From NCBI GenBank assembly GCA_963850305.1, contig CAWKKR010000007.1, positions 160,001 through 224,000 of the forward strand: 64,000 bases of DNA, in the 5' to 3' direction. Source of the stretch: an uncultured delta proteobacterium (GTDB taxonomy: Bacteria > Myxococcota_A > Polyangia > Polyangiales > Polyangiaceae). The notes under the pieces were generated by a model, which had not been told where the DNA came from, made no database searches, and saw only the letters and a list, made by a program, of their open reading frames with translations. Made by a program: the position numbers and the translations under genes. This document shows positions 51,503-61,022 of the stretch, in pieces; the first letter of the stretch is position 1, and every line of letters begins with the position of its first letter.

Positions 51503-52896
51503 GGCGTGGCTCCCCTTTCGGGTGCGGGAGATTCGGGCTTCGGGACCGTCGTGATCACGACCTCGGCTGCGCTCCCCAGGTCGCGGCGGATGGCGTCTCT
51601 CACGTCGTCCTTCGTCACGGCATCGATATGAGCGACGTATTCGCCCAGTTTTCCGGGGTCGCCGAGATATTCGTTCATGCGCTGCAGGATCCCGGCGCGA
51701 CCGGATTCCCCGCCCTCTCCGTCGAGCCGCTGCAGATCCGTCGAGATGTGGAGCCGGATTCGTCGCTTGGCGCGACCGAGTTCCTCGGGACTTGGTCCGT
51801 CGTCACCGAGCCGGGCCAAGGTTCTGTCGAGCGCCGCCTCGACTTTCTTGGGATCCGCGTCTGCAGCGACCGTGGCATCCACCTCGAACATGCTGGCCAG
51901 ACGATTGGAATCGAGGTCCGCGCTGACGTCCGACGCGAGCTTCTCCTTCACCACGAGATCTTGGTAAAGGCGAGTTGCCTTGCCTCCCGCGAGTAGCGTG
52001 GCCACGACGTCGAGGACATTGTCGTCAGGCGTGTACGCGGGCGGCGTGATCCAGCCGATTGCCACCCGCGCGAGCTGCACGGGCTCTTCGACATCCTTGT
52101 GAATCGGTCCTTTGAGTGGAGGAGTCACCCAGTTGGGCGTCGGTGGCCGCGGGACGGTCGGCAGAGTACCGAAATATTTTTCGACCCACGCCTTTGCCAC
52201 CGCCGGATCGAAGTCTCCCGCGATCGTGAGCGTCGCGTTGCTCGGTGCGTAAAACGAACGAAAGAACCCCTTCACGTCCTCCATGCTTGCGCGCGATAGG
52301 TCCTCCATCGAGCCGATCACCGCGCCGTGATACGGATGATCCGGGGAAAACATATTCTCGTACATCGCAAGCTCGCTCGGCCCGTAGGGCGAATTCTCGT
52401 AGTGCTGGCGCCGCTCGTTCTTGACGACGTCGCGCTGCACGTCCAAGCGGGCCTGCGTCAGCGCGTCCGGCAAGAAGCCCATGCGGTCGCTCTCCAGCCA
52501 CAGCGCGAGTTCGAGTTCCTGACGGGGGACGGTTTCGAAATAGTTCGTGCGATCCCAGCTCGTGGTGCCATTGACGTTCGTCGCCCCGACGGATTCGAGG
52601 AGGTGATCGAATTCGTGTCCGACGTGCTTCGACCCTTCGAACATCAAATGTTCGAACAGGTGGGCAAAACCAGACCGCTTCGGGGGCTCGTTCGACGGAC
52701 CGACGTGATACCAGATGTTCACCGCGCACAGAGGTAGCGAAGAATCTTCGTGCAAGATCACTTCCAGCCCGTTCGGAAGGGAGTACTTCTGGAACGGGAT
52801 GTCGAAGGATGTGGTCTTCGGTGCGTCGCCTGCCTGCGCGTTTGCGCCGAGTGAGAGAACGAGAATCCCGGCGGCCGCTCTCGTCGCGATCTGCAT
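51499..52896 (-). CDS. M16 family peptidase, catalytic subunit
   Basis: GFAHLFEHLMF, NGTT..DRTNY, LESDRM, VVKNERR, HPY. Confidence 0.92.
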   Translation of the reverse strand: MQIATRAAAGILVLSLGANAQAGDAPKTTSFDIPFQKYSLPNGLEVILHEDSSLPLCAVNIWYHVGPSNEPPKRSGFAHLFEHLMFEGSKHVGHEFDHLLESVGATNVNGTTSWDRTNYFETVPRQELELALWLESDRMGFLPDALTQARLDVQRDVVKNERRQHYENSPYGPSELAMYENMFSPDHPYHGAVIGSMEDLSRASMEDVKGFFRSFYAPSNATLTIAGDFDPAVAKAWVEKYFGTLPTVPRPPTPNWVTPPLKGPIHKDVEEPVQLARVAIGWITPPAYTPDDNVLDVVATLLAGGKATRLYQDLVVKEKLASDVSADLDSNRLASMFEVDATVAADADPKKVEAALDRTLARLGDDGPSPEELGRAKRRIRLHISTDLQRLDGEGGESGRAGILQRMNEYLGDPGKLGEYVAHIDAVTKDDVRDAIRRDLGSAAEVVITTVPKPESPAPERGATP

Positions 52897-52916
52897 GGTT
52901 TTCGTGGACTACTACG

Positions 52917-53306
52917 TTATCCGCCGGCCGTCTTCTGGCGCGGTTCGAGGGTCCGGGGCGCGCCCTGCGCAACCAGAGTTACCCCAACCACGACGAGCAG
53001 CATGCCGAGCCACATGCGCGGGCTGATCGCATCACCGAACAAGATCCGCGCCGCAACGGGGACGAGGACGTAGACGAACGCGACGAAGGGCGCCGCCACC
53101 GACAGCGGCACACGCTTCAGCACGAAGAGCCAGGTGAGCACGCTCAGCCCATAGGCGACGAGCCCCACCAGGAACCAGAGATTTCGAACGAGCGTGAGAG
53201 GGGCTCCGGGTGTCGCGCCGGTCATGGCGGCTTGACGAAGCAGGAGTTGCGCACCGGCGTTGAGGAGTACGGTGATGGTCGCGAACAGCGCGGCGACCCC
53301 GCTCAC
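52917..53306 (-). CDS. SMR/EamA-family small transporter (ArnE/F-like)
   Basis: Four TM; AQLLLR, W..VL..VPLSVAAP, GMLLVVVGV. Confidence 0.75.
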   Translation of the reverse strand: MSGVAALFATITVLLNAGAQLLLRQAAMTGATPGAPLTLVRNLWFLVGLVAYGLSVLTWLFVLKRVPLSVAAPFVAFVYVLVPVAARILFGDAISPRMWLGMLLVVVGVTLVAQGAPRTLEPRQKTAGG

Positions 53307-54331
53307 GGCAGATACTCCAGCAGTTTGAGCACGCCGAGGCGAACCGGCGAGCGATGGTGCGAGGCATCCTTGCGAGCCAGCACTTCCTCGCGATGCTCGA
53401 CGTACCAGTCGTAGGATTCGGCGATCATTTCCGCGTTCGAATAGCGCGGCGCCCAGCCGAGGATCTCCTTCGTCCGGGAGACGTCGAAGAACATCTCTCG
53501 TCCGTACATGAGCGTGTGATAGTCGCCGAGCGGCGAGAGTCCGAGCCTGCTCGTTGCGGCCATCGCGAGCCGCGTAGGACCGAAGGGGAGGGCGCGGACG
53601 GGGCTTCCGGTCTTCGCGTGCGCAACGAGGCCGTCGAGTAGCTCGCGCATCGTGCCGAATCGGTCGGTGCCTCCGAGAAATATCCGCGGGCCAGGCATAC
53701 GGTCCGCGCGCAGGCACACCTCGGCGAGGTCGTCAGCGTGGACGAACTGGTAGCGATTGCTGCCGTCACCGAGCGTGTAAATTGGGCGTCCGCGGCGCAC
53801 CCACTCGAAGAGGATCTGGAAGATGCCGAGCCGCCCGTGTCCGAGAACCGTCCGAGGGCGCACGATGGAAATGTCGAGTCCGCGCCGCCCGTACTCCTCG
53901 GCGATCCGCTCGCCCGCCAGTTTCGCTGCCCCGTACGCCTCGCGCGGGTTCGGTTGGACGTCCAGGTCCACCGGGTTTCTGGGGGGCACGCCGTAGATGG
54001 CGCTCGACGAGACGAGCAACACCTTCTCGACGCGCGCGCGGAGAGCTGCCGCGAGAAGGACTCGTGTCCCCTCCACGTTGACGGACGAGAACTGTTCGCG
54101 ATCTTTCGCCAGCGGTACCTGCGCGACGTCGTGGTGGACGACGTTCACGCCGTCGAGCGCGCGCTCCACGGCGCCACGGTCGCGGATGTCGCCGCGCACG
54201 AACTCGACATCAGTGGCTCTGTCCTCGTTATCGACCAGGTCGAAGACGCGAACGGAATCTCCACGCGCACGCAGTTTTCGAACGACGGTCTCACCGAGAT
54301 ACCCTGAACCTCCGGTGACGAGCGTTCGCAT
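53303..54331 (-). CDS. NAD-dependent epimerase/dehydratase
   Basis: TGGSGYLG, NVEGT, SSSAIYG, YGAAK. Confidence 0.9.
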   Translation of the reverse strand: MRTLVTGGSGYLGETVVRKLRARGDSVRVFDLVDNEDRATDVEFVRGDIRDRGAVERALDGVNVVHHDVAQVPLAKDREQFSSVNVEGTRVLLAAALRARVEKVLLVSSSAIYGVPPRNPVDLDVQPNPREAYGAAKLAGERIAEEYGRRGLDISIVRPRTVLGHGRLGIFQILFEWVRRGRPIYTLGDGSNRYQFVHADDLAEVCLRADRMPGPRIFLGGTDRFGTMRELLDGLVAHAKTGSPVRALPFGPTRLAMAATSRLGLSPLGDYHTLMYGREMFFDVSRTKEILGWAPRYSNAEMIAESYDWYVEHREEVLARKDASHHRSPVRLGVLKLLEYLP

Positions 54332-54333
54332 CG

Positions 54334-55353
54334 TCAGACGTCGACACCTTTCGAGCGACACCACTCGATCGAGCGCCGCATGCCCTCCTCGAGGTCGATC
54401 TGCGGATCGTAGCCTAGCTCGCGCTGGGCCTTTTCGATCGAGACGGCGATGGATTCGCCGAGTTCGCCGAGAACGTGGATTTCCTGGTTGTAGAGCCCCG
54501 TCATCTGAAGCAGCGAGTCCGCAAGTCGTGCGATGTCTCCGGTGAAGCCCGGCAAGTAACGTGGACGAATCGAGACATCCAGGAGCTTGCCCACGGTCTG
54601 GAGAATCTCGATGAATGAATACGGGCGCCGGTCCGTGATCCAGTACGTCTGTCCGGAAGCCTTCGGTACGTCTCGCGCGAGGATCAGTCCCTGGACCGTG
54701 TTATCGACGTAGCTCATGCTTCGAAGGTTGTCCCCTTTGCCGACGATGGGCGGGTTCCCCTTCTTGATCATCTTGAAGAACGTCGTCTGTCTGAGCGGCT
54801 GATTCGGTCCGTAAAACCAGCACGGCCGCACGATGACCGCTTCGATCTTGCCCGCCCGATGTGCGTCGTTGACGAGCCACTCGCTCTGCAGCTTGCTGAG
54901 GCCGTAGTTCAAATACGGTCGTGGCGGGTCCGCTTCACTCATGAGCTGAGTTGGCGACTCGTTCAGCCCTGCCGGCGAGTTCGAGCTCACGAACACGAAG
55001 CGCCGGACCTTTGCCGCGATCGCCGCGTCGAGCAGGTTGCGCGTCCCGTCCACGTTGATCTCGTAGAGTTCCTTGATGCGGTGAGCGTGGATCACTCCCG
55101 CACAATGAAAAACGGTATCGATGCCGTCGAAGAGTGCGTCGGGTAGCCGCCGATCGCGTAGATCTGCCGTCGCGACTTCGACTTTGCCGGTTTCCGTCAG
55201 GGGACGCGCATCGCTCCCGGGCAGCGACACGATCCGGACGGTTTCGGGTTTTTGATCGACGGCGCCCGAACGAAAACCCCGAACCAGCGCCTCCACCAAA
55301 CTGCTGCCGAGCCAGCCGGGTGCGCCCGTGACCAAGACACGCGGTTTCATCAT
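54334..55353 (-). CDS. NAD-dependent epimerase/dehydratase (extended SDR)
   Basis: TGAPGWLG, HCAG, NVDGT, YGLSK, RP..YGP. Confidence 0.9.
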   Translation of the reverse strand: MMKPRVLVTGAPGWLGSSLVEALVRGFRSGAVDQKPETVRIVSLPGSDARPLTETGKVEVATADLRDRRLPDALFDGIDTVFHCAGVIHAHRIKELYEINVDGTRNLLDAAIAAKVRRFVFVSSNSPAGLNESPTQLMSEADPPRPYLNYGLSKLQSEWLVNDAHRAGKIEAVIVRPCWFYGPNQPLRQTTFFKMIKKGNPPIVGKGDNLRSMSYVDNTVQGLILARDVPKASGQTYWITDRRPYSFIEILQTVGKLLDVSIRPRYLPGFTGDIARLADSLLQMTGLYNQEIHVLGELGESIAVSIEKAQRELGYDPQIDLEEGMRRSIEWCRSKGVDV

Positions 55354-55425
55354 GTCGAAATTGGTTCCCTTCTAACACCCCTCGGGTCATCTTGGCATGC
55401 TCGATCTTGCCCCGGGAGTGGCCTT

Positions 55426-55441
55426 TGGTACGAGCTTTGCT
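55426..55441 (+). promoter_or_regulatory. Sigma54 (-24/-12) promoter for terC
   Basis: TGGTACGAGCTTTGCT: GG-N10-GC, ending about 25 nt before ATG 55466. Confidence 0.55.
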
Positions 55442-55465
55442 CTAGAAGCCCGAGAAGCGAACGGC

Positions 55466-56413
55466 ATGAGGACGAGCGGCAATCCCACGCTGTGGGCGAT
55501 CTTCGCGGCGCTCGTCGTTGGCATGCTGGCCGCGGACCTCGGGGTCTTTCGTCGTTCGACGTCCGAGATGTCCTTCCGCGAGGCGCTCGTCCGCAGCGTG
55601 GGATGGATCCTGCTCGCGGCGCTGTTCAACGCGGGGATCTACGTCACGGTCGGCTCGCAGGAGGGGTTCGAATTCACGGCTGGTTATCTTCTCGAAGAGG
55701 CCCTGTCCGTCGACAACCTCTTCGTCTTCGTGCTGATTTTTTCCGCCTTCCGTGTACCGACCGCATACCAGCATCGGGTTCTGTTCTGGGGAATCGTGGG
55801 CGCCGTCGTCTTGCGCGGGCTCTTCATCGGTGTCGGGACGGCGCTCGTCCAGCGCTTCAACTGGGTGATGATCGTCTTCGGGGTTCTGCTGCTCTACACC
55901 GCGTGGAAGCTCTTCCGCGGCGAAGGTGATGGCGAGGCGCCGGTGGACCAGAATCCGGTCTTCCGGCTCTTCAAGCGCGCCGTCCCTGCGGTCTCCGAAC
56001 TCCGCGGCAACCGGTTCGTCGTCTCCGAAGGCGGCAAGTGGCTCGCGACGCCCCTTCTCGCGGTCCTCGTCCTGGTCGAGACCTCGGACGTGCTCTTTGC
56101 GCTCGACTCGATCCCGGCGGTCTTCGGTGTGACGAAAGATCCGTTCATCGTCTACACGTCGAACATCTTCGCCATCCTCGGGCTCCGCTCGCTGTACTTC
56201 TTGCTCGCGGCGGTCATGAACAAGTTTGCTTACCTGAAGACGGGGCTCGCCGTGATCCTCGCGTTCGTCGGCGGGAAGATGGTGGTGCACGACTGGGTGC
56301 ACGTGCCGACGGGGATTTCGTTGCTGGTGATCGCTCTGGTTCTCGGAGCGACGGTCGCCATTTCGGTGATCTGGCCACCGCGCCCGGACGGGGCCCGGCG
56401 ATCCGAGCCATGA
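55466..56413 (+). CDS. terC: TerC/Alx family membrane protein
   Basis: EEALSVDNLFVF, QHRVLFWGI.GA..LR, DVLFALDSIPA, SNIFAILGLRSLYF. Confidence 0.92.
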   Translation: MRTSGNPTLWAIFAALVVGMLAADLGVFRRSTSEMSFREALVRSVGWILLAALFNAGIYVTVGSQEGFEFTAGYLLEEALSVDNLFVFVLIFSAFRVPTAYQHRVLFWGIVGAVVLRGLFIGVGTALVQRFNWVMIVFGVLLLYTAWKLFRGEGDGEAPVDQNPVFRLFKRAVPAVSELRGNRFVVSEGGKWLATPLLAVLVLVETSDVLFALDSIPAVFGVTKDPFIVYTSNIFAILGLRSLYFLLAAVMNKFAYLKTGLAVILAFVGGKMVVHDWVHVPTGISLLVIALVLGATVAISVIWPPRPDGARRSEP

Positions 56414-56432
56414 GCGCCGCGGCTCGATCGGG

Positions 56433-57584
56433 TCAGCTGCCGCCGCGGATGAGACCGCGGGCAATCACGATCTGCTGGATCTGCGTCGTGCCCTCGTAAA
56501 GTCGGAACAATCTGACGTCGCGATAAAATCGCTCGATGCCGTAGTCGGCGATGTAACCCGCGCCGCCGTACACCTGCACCGCACGGTCTGCCACCTTGCC
56601 GACCATCTCCGAGGCGAACATCTTGCACGCTGCCGCATCGACGTTCACGTCCTCCGCCCGGTCGCGCTTCCGGGCCGTCTCGAGGACCAGGGATTTCGCG
56701 GCCAGCGCTTCCGTGTAGGAGTCCGCGAGCATGGCCTGGATCAACTGGAACTCAGAGATTGGTTTGCCGAACTGCTTGCGCTGGTTCGCATAGCGCACGG
56801 AGTCCGCGATGAGTCGCTCGGCGACGCCCACGCACACGGCGGAAATGTGGAGGCGCCCCCGATCGAGAACCTGCATCGCGGCCTTGAATCCCTGGCCCTC
56901 GACGCCCCCGAGCAGGGCGTTCGCTTGGACTCTGACGTCATTGAACACGACGTCGCTCGTGTAGGTCCCGTGCTGGCCCATCTTCTTGTCCGGTTTGCCG
57001 ATTTCGATCCCCGGAAGACCTCCGGGAACCAGGAACGCGCTGATGCCCTTCGCGCCGGGGGTATTCGGATCGGTGCGGGCGAAGACCGTGAAGACGCCGG
57101 CCTTCGGTGCGTTCGTGATGAACCGCTTCGTTCCGTTGATCACGTAGCCATCGCCGTCCCGGCGTGCCGTCGTGCGGACCGAGCCGGCATCCGATCCCGC
57201 CTCGGGCTCGGTCAGCGCGAAAGAACCTATGATCTCTCCCGTTGCGAGGCCCGGCAGGTAGCGCTTCTTCTGCTCGTCGGTTCCGAACATGATGATCGCT
57301 TGCGAGCCGATCCCGTTGTTCGTGCCGAGCACCGAACGGAAGACGGGCGACGTTCTTCCGAGCTCGAACGCGACGTAGACCTCTTCTTCCATCGTGAGGC
57401 CGAGGCCCCCATTTTCTTCGGGGATGGACATGCCGAAGAGCCCCATCGCCTTCATCTCTTCGATGACGTCGTCCGGAACCTTGTCGTTCTCGGCCACCTC
57501 GCCTTCGATGGGCACGAGGCGCTGCTTCACGAACCGCGCGACCGCAGCGACGAGCTCGCCCAGGCTCTCTTTCGACAGGGACAT
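56433..57584 (-). CDS. Acyl-CoA dehydrogenase
   Basis: FALTEPEAGSD, NGTKRFITN, RKQFGKPI, GGAGY, RLYEGTTQIQ. Confidence 0.95.
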   Translation of the reverse strand: MSLSKESLGELVAAVARFVKQRLVPIEGEVAENDKVPDDVIEEMKAMGLFGMSIPEENGGLGLTMEEEVYVAFELGRTSPVFRSVLGTNNGIGSQAIIMFGTDEQKKRYLPGLATGEIIGSFALTEPEAGSDAGSVRTTARRDGDGYVINGTKRFITNAPKAGVFTVFARTDPNTPGAKGISAFLVPGGLPGIEIGKPDKKMGQHGTYTSDVVFNDVRVQANALLGGVEGQGFKAAMQVLDRGRLHISAVCVGVAERLIADSVRYANQRKQFGKPISEFQLIQAMLADSYTEALAAKSLVLETARKRDRAEDVNVDAAACKMFASEMVGKVADRAVQVYGGAGYIADYGIERFYRDVRLFRLYEGTTQIQQIVIARGLIRGGS

Positions 57585-57712
57585 TCTTGCCGTCATAAAC
57601 GGCAAGCGGATCGGCTTGCAAGTCGCCTTTTTGGGCCCGCCGCCGTTGCGTCGCGGCATGCCGGGAACTATGCCCGGCCGAGACTGAAGCGACGCGAGGC
57701 GACAATCAGCTC

Positions 57713-58744
57713 ATGCAAGCCATTTGGATTGAGAGGTACGGCGGGCCCGAGGTTCTCGCGGTTCGCAACAGCGCAGATCCCGAGCCCGGGCCCGGTGAAG
57801 TGCGCGTCCGGGTCCGCGCCTGCGGGCTCAACTTCGCGGAGGTGATGGCTCGAAAGGGGCTCTACCCCGACGCTCCCAAGCCGCCGTGTGTCGTCGGTTA
57901 CGAGGGTGCGGGCGTCGTGGACGCGGTCGGCGCCGGCGTCACGCAGTGGAGCAACGGTGCCCGGGTGATCTTCCTGTCGCGGTTCGGCGGTCACGCCGAC
58001 ACCGTGTGCGTCAAAGCCGAGCAGCTGTTTCGGATGCCCGAGGGGATGACCTTCGAGGAGGGTGCGGCTCTCCCCGTGAACTACCTCACGGCGTACCACA
58101 TGCTGTTCGAGCTCCGGCGTATCCGGGCGGGCGATCGGATCCTCGTTCACATGGCGGCCGGGGGAGTCGGCACGGCTGTGCTCCAGCTGTGTCGCACGGT
58201 TCCCGGTGTCCTGACGATCGGCACGGCCTCCGCCGCGAAGCACGCCTACGCGCGGAGCCAGGGCGCCGATCACCTGGTGGACTACCGTTCCACCGACTAC
58301 GTCGAGGCCGTCAAGACGCTCACCGGTGGCAAGGGAGTCGATCTCGTTCTCGATGCGCTCGGTGGCGCGGACTGGCGAAAAGGGTATTCGCTGCTGTCAC
58401 CGGGGGGCCTGCTGATCGCCTGCGGGCTCGCGAACGCGGCGGTGGCGGGGAAGCGAAGCTGGGTTCGCGCGGCCGGGCAGATCCTCCGGCAGCCGCTGTT
58501 CAACTGTATCCGGCTGATGGACGACAATCGGGGCGTCGCCGGCGTGAACATGGGCCACCTGTGGGATCAGGTCGCGCTCCTCAGCCGGGAAGGCGAGGCG
58601 GTGCTCGAGCATTATCGAGAGGGGCGCATCAAGCCGCACGTCAGCGCCGTCTTTCCATTTTCGCGAGCCGCCGACGCCCATCGGGAGCTCGAGCACGGGC
58701 GCAGCGTCGGCAAGATCGTGCTCGTCCCTGATGCACCCTCCTGA
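57713..58744 (+). CDS. MDR-family quinone oxidoreductase (VAT-1-like)
   Basis: GLNFAE, GYEGAG, NYLTAY, HMAAGGVG, GKIVL. Confidence 0.88.
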   Translation: MQAIWIERYGGPEVLAVRNSADPEPGPGEVRVRVRACGLNFAEVMARKGLYPDAPKPPCVVGYEGAGVVDAVGAGVTQWSNGARVIFLSRFGGHADTVCVKAEQLFRMPEGMTFEEGAALPVNYLTAYHMLFELRRIRAGDRILVHMAAGGVGTAVLQLCRTVPGVLTIGTASAAKHAYARSQGADHLVDYRSTDYVEAVKTLTGGKGVDLVLDALGGADWRKGYSLLSPGGLLIACGLANAAVAGKRSWVRAAGQILRQPLFNCIRLMDDNRGVAGVNMGHLWDQVALLSREGEAVLEHYREGRIKPHVSAVFPFSRAADAHRELEHGRSVGKIVLVPDAPS

Positions 58745-58768
58745 TACGACTCTCGGCTGGAGAGAATC

Positions 58769-59659
58769 ATGACTTCCGCCATTTTCGATGCCTCGCGGTG
58801 GCATTCCGTCGATGGCGTCGCGTTCACGGACATCACGTATCATCGGGCGAACGACCAGGGGACGGTGCGCATCGCGTTCAATCGTCCGGAAGTGCGCAAC
58901 GCCTTTCGCCCCCACACGGTGGACGAGCTGTATCGCGCGCTCGACCACGCGCGAATGTGGAGCGACGTCGGGTGCGTGCTTTTGACCGGAAACGGCCCGT
59001 CACCCAAGGACGGCGGCTGGGCGTTCTGCTCGGGCGGCGACCAGCGCATTCGTGGGAAGGACGGTTACCAGTACGAAGGAGAAGCGGGCGTCGATCCCAC
59101 GCGCCTCGGGCGCCTTCACATCCTGGAAGTGCAACGCTTGATCCGCTTCATGCCGAAGATCGTGATTGCGGTGGTGCCGGGCTGGGCCGTTGGTGGCGGC
59201 CACAGCCTGCACGTCGTCTGCGATCTGACTCTCGCGAGCCGCGAGCACGCCATTTTCAAACAGACGGATCCCGACGTCGCAAGTTTCGACAGCGGCTACG
59301 GCTCCGCGCTCCTCGCCCGTCAGATTGGGCAGAAGAAGGCTCGCGAGATCTTCTTCCTGGGCAAGAACTATTCGGCGGAAGAGGCTGCCGCGATGGGCAT
59401 GGTCAACGCGGCAGTGCCGCACGCCGAGCTCGAGACCGTAGCGCTCGACTGGGCGCTCGCGATCAACTCCAAGAGCCCTACCGCGATGCGCATGCTCAAG
59501 TTCGGCTTCAACCTGGCCGACGATGGGCTCGTCGGGCAGCAGATCTTCGCAGGCGAAGCCACGCGCCTCGCCTATGGGACCGAGGAGGCGCAAGAAGGCC
59601 GCGACGCGTTTCTCGAGAAGCGGCCGCAGGACTACTCGAAATTCCCGTGGCACTATTAG
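58769..59659 (+). CDS. menB: 1,4-dihydroxy-2-naphthoyl-CoA synthase
   Basis: NRPEVRNAFRP, AFCSGGDQR, GGGHSLH, SFDSGYG, GQKKAREI, EEAQEGRDAF. Confidence 0.95.
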   Translation: MTSAIFDASRWHSVDGVAFTDITYHRANDQGTVRIAFNRPEVRNAFRPHTVDELYRALDHARMWSDVGCVLLTGNGPSPKDGGWAFCSGGDQRIRGKDGYQYEGEAGVDPTRLGRLHILEVQRLIRFMPKIVIAVVPGWAVGGGHSLHVVCDLTLASREHAIFKQTDPDVASFDSGYGSALLARQIGQKKAREIFFLGKNYSAEEAAAMGMVNAAVPHAELETVALDWALAINSKSPTAMRMLKFGFNLADDGLVGQQIFAGEATRLAYGTEEAQEGRDAFLEKRPQDYSKFPWHY

Positions 59660-59668
59660 AGACGTTAT

Positions 59669-59910
59669 ACGGCGTGGGGTTTTGTTCCTGGGGGGTGTCC
59701 CACCCCCCGCGGCTTGCTTCGCAACCGCGCCCCCCGGTACTCGCTGCGCTCGGCGCCGTGGAACGGCTGGAGCAAGCGGGGGCAGAGACGGGAGTGACGG
59801 CGTGGGGTTTTGTTCCTGGGGGGTGTCCCACCCCCCGCGGCTTGCTTCGCAACCGCGCCCCCCGGTACTCGCTGCGCTCGGCGCCGTGGAACGGCTGGAG
59901 CAAGCGGGGG
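59669..59910. repeat. Two identical 114-bp REP-like structured repeats (period 128)
   Basis: 59669-59782 equals 59797-59910. Hairpins GGGGGGTG-TCC-CACCCCCC and CGCGG(C)TTGC-TTC-GCAACCGCG; CTCGCTGCGCTCG motif. Confidence 0.9.
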
Positions 59911-59929
59911 GTTGGTTCACGGGACCCCG

Positions 59930-59967
59930 GCCGTCGAGCGACGGATTCTGGTCCGCCGCTCGACGGC
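59930..59967 (-). terminator. Strong hairpin downstream of the 59992-60882 gene
   Basis: GCCGTCGAGCG…CGCTCGACGGC plus inner CGGA/TCCG. Continuous 16-bp stem with one G-U on the minus strand; no clear U-tract on minus. Confidence 0.5.
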
Positions 59968-59991
59968 TTGGTTCTTCTCGTGCTGCTCTCA

Positions 59992-60882
59992 TCAGTGCGC
60001 AGCGGGTTCGCGCGTCGCGGAGGGGGAGGGGACGGGGTTCACGACGGGCGGGACGGGGGCGGGCTCGGGCGCGGGCTCCGGGGACGGCGCCGCGGGCTTC
60101 GGGTGGCGACCACGGCCGGCGTAGAGCGAGGGCGTGATGGTGTCCGAGGCTCCTTGCTGCCACTCGATGAAGGCCACGCCGTGCCGCACTCGCTCGTAAG
60201 CGTTCACCATGAGGGTGAATGCTTGCTGGCGGATGAGCGCCGTGGCGGCGACCGCTTCCGGACTGTGCTCCTTCTGTCCGACGGCCGCGACGAGCTGTTC
60301 GGCCAGTTCTTTTGCTTTCTGGAGATCCGCTTCGACGAGCGCCGTTCTGGACTGGATCTGCTGCCAGTATTCACCGAGCAGGTTCGCCCAGGCCATGAGC
60401 TCGAAGGCCACGTTGCGGTAGCCGACGCGGCCGGTGAAGGACGCAAACCGCGCCGGATTGACGAGTCCGTGCTTCGCGAGGGTCATCGCGTCCGTGCGTA
60501 GTGTGTCGCGCAGCGCGACCGCCTGCTCGTTCAAGGCTACGAGCTCGGCAGGCGGCGCGATCGTGATGAAGTACAGCGAGTCCGCTTCCCACGCCGCCAT
60601 CGCGTAGTCCGGCAACGCGTCGACGTCTTCGAGGTCGAAGTCCGGTAGCTTCGCGAGCTTGCTGCGGAGCGCGTTCACCGCCGCCAAGACGCCGAGGATC
60701 GTCGTCACCGCCCCGGCGATGTCGATGTTCACCGGTAGCAGTGCGCTCTCCGGCACGGCCTGGATGTCGGCGAGGCGCCGCTCATAGGCCGCGTGGAACG
60801 AGGACTTGTCGCGGAATGCGCCCGGGGCCTGCGCCTTGCGGTTGCTGGACTTCGGGTTCTTGTGATGAAGGTGCGTTGTCAT
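59992..60882 (-). CDS. Hypothetical all-alpha-helical protein with Pro-rich tail
   Basis: AGGAG RBS before ATG 60882; amphipathic helices; PSLYAGRG then PEPAP tail; no signal peptide or TM. Confidence 0.8.
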   Translation of the reverse strand: MTTHLHHKNPKSSNRKAQAPGAFRDKSSFHAAYERRLADIQAVPESALLPVNIDIAGAVTTILGVLAAVNALRSKLAKLPDFDLEDVDALPDYAMAAWEADSLYFITIAPPAELVALNEQAVALRDTLRTDAMTLAKHGLVNPARFASFTGRVGYRNVAFELMAWANLLGEYWQQIQSRTALVEADLQKAKELAEQLVAAVGQKEHSPEAVAATALIRQQAFTLMVNAYERVRHGVAFIEWQQGASDTITPSLYAGRGRHPKPAAPSPEPAPEPAPVPPVVNPVPSPSATREPAAH

Positions 60883-61022
60883 GGTCGTGTCTCCTGGTTG
60901 ATCCACGGAGCCGCTTGCTCCGTGCTTCCGATGATGAGACGCAGGCCCCGACTCTTTCCCTACGGAAGAAAATTTTTATTTTCGTTCACCCGACGCGACT
61001 CCGTGAACCGGCCGTCCGTCCA

